64,000 bases of DNA from Frigidibacter sp. SD6-1 (lineage in GTDB: Bacteria; Pseudomonadota; Alphaproteobacteria; Rhodobacterales; Rhodobacteraceae): assembly GCF_030143255.1 (NCBI RefSeq), contig NZ_JARJNR010000005.1, positions 122,068 through 186,067 on the forward strand, written 5' to 3'. Each line of letters starts with the position of its first letter. Within the stretch, counting starts at the first letter, position 1. The position numbers and the translations under genes are program-made. Below are positions 57,228 through 64,000 of the stretch, in pieces. Under the pieces are notes generated by a model. That model did not search any database, was not told the DNA's origin, and saw nothing but the letters and a program-made list of their open reading frames with translations.

Positions 57228-58285
57228 TGGACCAGCCCGCGCCAGCGTCGGGCCTGAGCCAGCCTTTCGCCGCGCCGCCCGCGCCCGGCGGCGCCATCGA
57301 GATCGCTCCGGGCATCCTGTGGCTGCGCCTGCCGCTGCCGATGGCGCTTGACCATGTGAATGTCTACGCGCTGGACGATGGCGATGGCTGGACGCTGATC
57401 GACACGGGGCTGCGAAGCCGCAAGACGAAGGCGATCTGGGAAGAGATCATCGCCGGTCCCCTGGGCGGGCGCCCGGTCCGCCGGGTCGTGGTGACGCACC
57501 ACCACCCCGACCATATCGGCCTTGCGGGCTGGTTTCAGGCGCGGGGCGCCGAACTGGTCACCACCCGCACTGCCTGGCTCTTCGCCCGCATGCTGACATT
57601 GGACGAACAGGCGCTGCCGCTGCCCGAGACGCTCGCCTTCTGGCGGGCGGCGGGGATGGACGGCGCGCTTCTTGCCCGCCGCGCGGGCGAACGTCCCTTC
57701 AACTTCGCCGATGTGGTGGAGCCGATGCCCTTGGGCTTCACAAGGATCGCGGAAGGCGACCGCATCACGATGGGCGGGCGCGACTGGCAGGTCCGCATCG
57801 GCAACGGCCATGCGCCCGAGCAGGCGACCTTCTGGTCCGAGGACGGCGAGATCGTCATCGGCGGCGACCAGCTTCTGCCCGGCATCTCGCCCAACCTCGG
57901 CGTCTATGCGACCGAACCTTTGGCCGATCCGGTCGCCGACTGGCTGGACAGCTGCCGCGCCTTCCTGCCCCATGCGACCGAGCGCCAGTTGGTGCTGCCG
58001 GGCCACAAGCTGCCGTTCCGGGGCCTGCCCTTTCGCCTGCGCCAGATGATCGAGAACCATGAAGGCGCGCTTGCCCGGCTTCTTTCCCATCTCGACCGGC
58101 CGCGCACGGCGGTCGAGTGTTTCGCCCCCCTCTACAAGCGCGAGATCGGCGAGGGCGAATATGGGCTGGCGCTGGTCGAGGCGGTTGCGCATCTCAATCA
58201 TCTGTGGAAGTCAGGACAGGTGACGAGAGCGCGCGATGAGGGAGGCGTCGACCGATGGCAGGCCGCAAGGAACCCCGAGATCTGA
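57224..58285 (+). CDS. MBL-fold metallo-hydrolase
   Basis: THxHxDH motif (VVTHHHPDHIGLAGW). ATGA overlap with the acyl-CoA dehydrogenase gene. Confidence 0.75.
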   Translation: MMDQPAPASGLSQPFAAPPAPGGAIEIAPGILWLRLPLPMALDHVNVYALDDGDGWTLIDTGLRSRKTKAIWEEIIAGPLGGRPVRRVVVTHHHPDHIGLAGWFQARGAELVTTRTAWLFARMLTLDEQALPLPETLAFWRAAGMDGALLARRAGERPFNFADVVEPMPLGFTRIAEGDRITMGGRDWQVRIGNGHAPEQATFWSEDGEIVIGGDQLLPGISPNLGVYATEPLADPVADWLDSCRAFLPHATERQLVLPGHKLPFRGLPFRLRQMIENHEGALARLLSHLDRPRTAVECFAPLYKREIGEGEYGLALVEAVAHLNHLWKSGQVTRARDEGGVDRWQAARNPEI

Positions 58286-58296
58286 GGCCGCGCGAC

Positions 58297-58794
58297 ATGG
58301 CCGAGACGATCATGACCTCGGCAGAGGCGATGGAGGCCGCCGCCCTGCCGCGCGCCCGTGTGGCACCTGCCTGCGACGACCTGCCGCCCACGGCCGAGAT
58401 GTTGCCCCTGCCCGCCGGGATCGCGGGCGAACCGGTGGACGAGAAAAGCCCTGCCCAATGGGCCTATGAACGGCTGATCCTGTACATCAAGAATTTCGAG
58501 GAACGGCTGGACGACGCGCACGAGGTGGCGATGGGCTTTGCGGGCAGCGAAACGGGCGTGATGCGGATCGAGGGGATCGGTTATTTCGCCCCCGATATCG
58601 TCACTTTCTATGGCCGCGACGAAGAGGAAAACCGCACCCAGCTGATCCAGCACGTAACCCAGCTGAACGTGATGCTGCGCGCCATGACCAGGGCGCCAGA
58701 GATCGAGGAACCACGCCGGATCGGCTTCCGCCTCGCCGCAGAACTGGCACCGAAGAAGAAGGCCGGAAAGACCAAGACCGCCAAAGGTTCGTGA
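58297..58794 (+). CDS. Hypothetical protein with Lys-rich C-terminus
   Basis: Follows the MBL hydrolase gene (an earlier start at 58255 is possible). Acidic helical protein ending in KKKAGKTKTAKGS. No motif recognised. Confidence 0.45.
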   Translation: MAETIMTSAEAMEAAALPRARVAPACDDLPPTAEMLPLPAGIAGEPVDEKSPAQWAYERLILYIKNFEERLDDAHEVAMGFAGSETGVMRIEGIGYFAPDIVTFYGRDEEENRTQLIQHVTQLNVMLRAMTRAPEIEEPRRIGFRLAAELAPKKKAGKTKTAKGS

Positions 58795-58870
58795 ACGGCG
58801 GCGACAGGCCCGTGACAGGGCAGACGGAATAGGCTAAATCCACCGCGACCAACCGGAAGGGACAAGGATC

Positions 58871-59005
58871 ATGGCAGAGCACAAGCCCGGCAGCATGAAC
58901 ATCAAGGCGCAGGAACAGACCTTCGCGGGGTTCGTGACCTTCACAAAATGGGCAACGGTGGTGATCATCGGCGTCCTGATCTTCATGGCGCTCGTGAACG
59001 CCTGA
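58871..59005 (+). CDS. aa3-type cytochrome c oxidase subunit IV-like small membrane protein (44 aa; absent from the ORF track)
   Basis: GGAAGG ribosome-binding site 7 nt before the ATG at 58871. Translation MAEHKPGSMNIKAQEQTFAGFVTFTKWATVVIIGVLIFMALVNA has one TM helix and the QxTFAGF...AL.N pattern of the Paracoccus oxidase small subunit IV. Confidence 0.55.
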   Translation: MAEHKPGSMNIKAQEQTFAGFVTFTKWATVVIIGVLIFMALVNA

Positions 59006-59027
59006 ACAGCCGGTTTGGTGTGATCTG

Positions 59028-59630
59028 ATGCGTCGGTTGCTGCTTGTCCTGATTCTGCCGCTGTTCCTTGCCAATTGCGCGGAACCCGTCTGGGCGCCCG
59101 ACGAAGCCGTGGCGCGGGCGCGCTATGTCTCGTCAGAGCCGCCGTCAATCTCGCTCATCACCGTGGTCCGCACGCTCGGTGGCGAAGGCGCGCATTCCGG
59201 CCTTCTGATCAACGGCAGCCAGCGGGTGGTCTTCGATCCGGCCGGTACCTGGACCAATCCGGCCGCGCCCGAGCGCAACGACCTGCACTACGGCATCACG
59301 CCGCGGATGGAGCAATATTACATCGATTACCACGCGCGCGAGACCTACTATGTGGTCAAGCAGACGGTGCTGGTCAGCCCCGAGGTCGCCGAACTGGCGA
59401 TCCGCCGGGCCGAGGGCAATGGCGCGGTCGGCAAGGCCCTGTGCGGCACGTCGATCAGCGCGATCCTGCGCGATCTTCCGGGCTTTGAATCGGTAAATCG
59501 CAGTTACTTCCCGGGCAAGATCATGAAGAGCTTCGCCGAACTGCCTGGCGTGGTGACACTGAAATACACCGACGACAGCCCGGACGACAACAAACCGCTT
59601 CTGGTCGAACAACTGGTCGCGACCCCGTAA
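59028..59630 (+). CDS. Hypothetical lipoprotein
   Basis: Lipobox LFLANC. 200 aa. No recognised domain. Confidence 0.55.
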   Translation: MRRLLLVLILPLFLANCAEPVWAPDEAVARARYVSSEPPSISLITVVRTLGGEGAHSGLLINGSQRVVFDPAGTWTNPAAPERNDLHYGITPRMEQYYIDYHARETYYVVKQTVLVSPEVAELAIRRAEGNGAVGKALCGTSISAILRDLPGFESVNRSYFPGKIMKSFAELPGVVTLKYTDDSPDDNKPLLVEQLVATP

Positions 59631-59662
59631 ATTGCGTCCGTCGGCGCGGAAGGGCGGCAGGC

Positions 59663-60247
59663 ATGCGCATCTTCGGCCTTATTCTTGCGGGCGGCGCAGG
59701 GCGGCGGATGGGCGGCGTTGACAAGGCACTGTTGCCGTTCGGGCCGGGAACGCTGCTCTCCAATGCGGTTACGCGCTTCGAACCGCAGGTCGAGTCGCTG
59801 GCCATTTCCGCCAACGGCGATCCCTCGCGCTTCGATGGGTTTCGACTTCCGGTCCTGGCCGATGCCGACCGCGGCGGGGCGGGGCCGATGGCGGGTCTGT
59901 TGGCGGGGCTGATCTGGGCCAAGGCCGCAGGTGCCAGCCATCTGGCGACGATGGCGGTCGATACGCCGTTCATCCCCGGCGATCTGGTGGCGCTGCTGAT
60001 GCTCGCAGGCGACGGCGGGCCTGCCATCGCCGAAAGCGCGGGCCGTGCCCATCCGACAGTCGGCCTTTGGCCCGTATCGCTGAATATGTCGCTCGAAGCG
60101 GCGCTTGGCAGTGCTGAACGGCGGCTCGGGTTTTGGGCCGAAAGTGTCGGCGCCGTACGCGCCACCTTCGCCGCGACCGAGCCCGATCCATTCATGAACG
60201 CGAATACTGTCGAGGAACTGGCCGCCGCCGCCCGTTACCTTGGGTAG
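59663..60247 (+). CDS. mobA: Molybdenum cofactor guanylyltransferase
   Basis: MobA motif LILAGGAGRRMGGVDKALL. 194 aa. Confidence 0.8.
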   Translation: MRIFGLILAGGAGRRMGGVDKALLPFGPGTLLSNAVTRFEPQVESLAISANGDPSRFDGFRLPVLADADRGGAGPMAGLLAGLIWAKAAGASHLATMAVDTPFIPGDLVALLMLAGDGGPAIAESAGRAHPTVGLWPVSLNMSLEAALGSAERRLGFWAESVGAVRATFAATEPDPFMNANTVEELAAAARYLG

Positions 60248-60249
60248 GG

Positions 60250-61278
60250 TCAGTCGAACGTGCCGGTCACCCGGCCGAGCAGCATGAAGGCACGCGCGGT
60301 CCGCGTGTCAGACAGCGCCACAAGCTCCTGATCCGAGGCATTCTTCTCGAACTCGGCAATCGTCTTGTCGAATTGCCTGAGGAAATGGTGCGCGGTATCG
60401 CGGAAGACCGTGTCCTGCCGCATCCGTCCTGCGGTGAGCGCAAGGCTGGAGCGGTCGCGCACCCCGCCCAGCGCGGCGATGGTCTTGCCGCGTTCACCTT
60501 GGGCGAAGCGCCGCCAGAGATCGGGCTTGGCGCGGTCGGCCTTGATATCGTCCATATAGATACCGTCCTGGCCGAGAAGGGTCAGGATATCCTGCGCGGC
60601 GCGGATCAGCTTGGCGAGGTTGCGATCCTCGAGCGCGCGGCGCAGCGCGAGGATCCCGTCGCGGTCGTCCTGGCTTTCAGGGAAATTCAGCGCGCGGACG
60701 AAATCCTGCACCGAAACCGGCGCGGGGTTCTCCTCGCCCGGCGTGCCGAGTGCGAGAGCTGGCTGTTCCTCATCGGGGCGGGCCGGGCGGGCGGGCACCA
60801 GCGCCGCCTTGCGGTCGGCTGACGGTTCTGTCGCCTCGGCGTCGCGCCGCGAGGTGAAGGTGGCGAGCGCGGTCTCTGCCATGCGCGCGGCCTGCGCGAT
60901 CTCTTCCAGGCGCTTCTCGACCGAGGGACGCGGCGCCATCGACTGCTGGACGAGCGTGGTGCGCAGGATGTCGAGTGTCGCCTGCAGCCTTTGGGTTTCG
61001 GTCCTGAGCGTGCTGGTCGCCCGCGCGGTTGCAGCAGCCATCCAGATCAGCGCGACAGGCAGAACGATGGCCAAGAGCACCATCAGCGTGCTGAAGCGCC
61101 CCGCCGCATCCGTACCGCCCGAGAAGAGAAAGAACAGCCCCACGAGCGCGAGCCACACGAGCGTCACCGCCCCCGCTATCAGGTCGGTGGGCGCGAAGCG
61201 GCGCGCCGCCGGAGGCGGCTCAAAGCGCCCGAGGTCCAGCGCCTGCGGGCCGGTGCGATCCTGCGGCTGATCGGACAT
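60250..61278 (-). CDS. Hypothetical membrane protein
   Basis: Two N-terminal TM helices, then a charged helical domain. 342 aa. No motif recognised. Confidence 0.5.
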   Translation of the reverse strand: MSDQPQDRTGPQALDLGRFEPPPAARRFAPTDLIAGAVTLVWLALVGLFFLFSGGTDAAGRFSTLMVLLAIVLPVALIWMAAATARATSTLRTETQRLQATLDILRTTLVQQSMAPRPSVEKRLEEIAQAARMAETALATFTSRRDAEATEPSADRKAALVPARPARPDEEQPALALGTPGEENPAPVSVQDFVRALNFPESQDDRDGILALRRALEDRNLAKLIRAAQDILTLLGQDGIYMDDIKADRAKPDLWRRFAQGERGKTIAALGGVRDRSSLALTAGRMRQDTVFRDTAHHFLRQFDKTIAEFEKNASDQELVALSDTRTARAFMLLGRVTGTFD

Positions 61279-61296
61279 CGATGCCTCCTTGAGCGA

Positions 61297-61767
61297 TCAG
61301 ATATACTGGATGCTCAGGATTTCGTAGCTCTTTTCACCGCCGGGCGTGCGGACTTCCGCCGTGTCGCCCACATCCTTGCCGATCAGCGACCGGGCGAGGG
61401 GCGAGCGGATATTCAGAAGCCCGCGTTCGATATCGGCCTCGGCCTCACCCACGATCTGATAGGTCTTTTCCTCGTCGCTGTCCTCGTCGACGACAGTCAC
61501 CGTCGCCCCGAACTTGATCGAGCCCGAGAGCTTCGAGGGGTCGATGACCTCGGCCAGCGACAGAAGCGCCTCAAGCTCCTTGATCCGGCCCTCGACAAAG
61601 CTCTGACGCTCGCGCGCGGCGTGATATTCGGCGTTCTCCGAAAGGTCGCCATGTTCGCGCGCCTCGGCGATGGCGCGGATCACAGCGGGGCGCTCCACCG
61701 ATTTCAGGGCCCTCAATTCATCGTCAAGCGCGCCAAACCCGGCCCGCGTCATCGGGATTTTTTCCAT
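61297..61767 (-). CDS. greA: Transcription elongation factor GreA
   Basis: GreA N-terminal coiled coil with conserved acidic tip (DLSENAEY) and C-terminal FKBP-like domain. Start at [10 protein letters not shown] (61767). Confidence 0.85.
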   Translation of the reverse strand: MEKIPMTRAGFGALDDELRALKSVERPAVIRAIAEAREHGDLSENAEYHAARERQSFVEGRIKELEALLSLAEVIDPSKLSGSIKFGATVTVVDEDSDEEKTYQIVGEAEADIERGLLNIRSPLARSLIGKDVGDTAEVRTPGGEKSYEILSIQYI

Positions 61768-62020
61768 ATCGTCCGTCGGTAGGATCAATCTTGCCAGTCA
61801 GACAGTTGTTAACCCGCGTTGCACATCGAAAGTCAATAGCCGGGTCCGGGCGTCGGCGGCTGGGCGAACATGCCGTCTGCATGCGGCAGATATTGTCGCG
61901 AATCCGTCACGTCGCAGCAAGAAAGTTGCGCGCGCAGGAATTGCCAGCGCCCCATGGCTGGGCTACAGGGGCTGGTGATAGACAATCGGCCTTTGGCCGG
62001 GACCGCATGAGGACAGAACC

Positions 62021-63670
<1,650 letters not shown>

Positions 63671-63677
63671 CCCGAGC

Positions 63678-63703
63678 CGGGCGCGCAGTTTCCCGCGCGC
63701 CCG
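63678..63703 (+). terminator. Hairpin CCGGGCGCGC-agtttccc-GCGCGCCCG downstream of the ETF-QO gene
   Basis: 9-bp GC stem beginning 8 nt after the stop codon at 63670. Confidence 0.5.
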
Positions 63704-63805
63704 ACCCTGCCGTCTGTCCGGATCGCGAAAAGGTGCGGGATACCCGCATTGCCTTGGCCGCCGTGGCGCACTAGGTTTCCTTGGCCTGAATGAGGGAGTG
63801 AGCCT

Positions 63806-64000
63806 TGCGTCTTCTGCGTTCCGTTTCGCTGATCGCCCTGCTTCTCGGCGGCGCCACTGTCGCTCTGGCCGACGGGGGTGCGGGCCCCTACCTCGCCGGC
63901 CGGGTGGCGAGCATCCACGCCGATTACAAGGCGGCGGCGGCCTATTTCACCCAGGCGCTGGTCAGCGACCCGACGAATGCGGAACTGCAGGAAAACGCTC
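63806..64000 (+). CDS. Secreted protein, possibly TPR-repeat (partial; 3' end lies outside the window)
   Basis: TTG at 63806 preceded by GAGGGAG. Signal peptide (LRSVSLIALLLGGATVALA) followed by helical-repeat-like sequence. Runs off the window. Confidence 0.35.

Overview
High-GC (~67%) alphaproteobacterial chromosomal segment, most likely Rhodobacteraceae (Paracoccus/Rhodobacter-like), densely packed with core-metabolism genes. No rRNA, tRNA, CRISPR array or transposase was found. The window opens inside nosZ and carries the rest of a nitrous-oxide reductase accessory cluster (nosD-F-Y-L-X), followed directly by a class-I cytochrome c gene. Other recognisable blocks are: miaB; irr divergent from fabA-fabB-fabI; a HAD dehalogenase; an M50 site-2-protease coupled to a large polytopic membrane protein; a translationally coupled hydrolase/PLP-dehydratase/hydrolase trio next to an enolase-superfamily dehydratase; hemN divergent from fnrL with a perfect FNR box between them; ilvE; a MarR-like + OmpR-like pair; an HDAC-like gene with xseB-ispA and then dxs; flotillin; L,D-transpeptidase; selU; pgsA-moaD-moaE; dgkA; an OmpA/BON envelope gene cluster; ubiA; rsmE; gshA; plsY-pyrC'-pyrB; UDG4; moaB; tsaC; an acyl-CoA dehydrogenase operon; a small aa3 oxidase subunit IV-like ORF; mobA; greA; ETF-QO. 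Features the gene calls do not explain: a family of conserved structured repeat elements sitting directly 3' of stop codons at four loci (three at convergent junctions, one between tandem genes); two low-GC single-gene islets wedged into otherwise conserved operons (ispA/dxs and pyrB/pyrC'); three tandem perfect hairpins at one convergent junction; several strong palindromic operator candidates (irr/fabA, MarR promoter, ManD-like promoter); and several short genes whose GTG starts overlap the TGA stop of the upstream gene. All calls rest on motifs and family-level recognition from reading the translations; no database search was possible.
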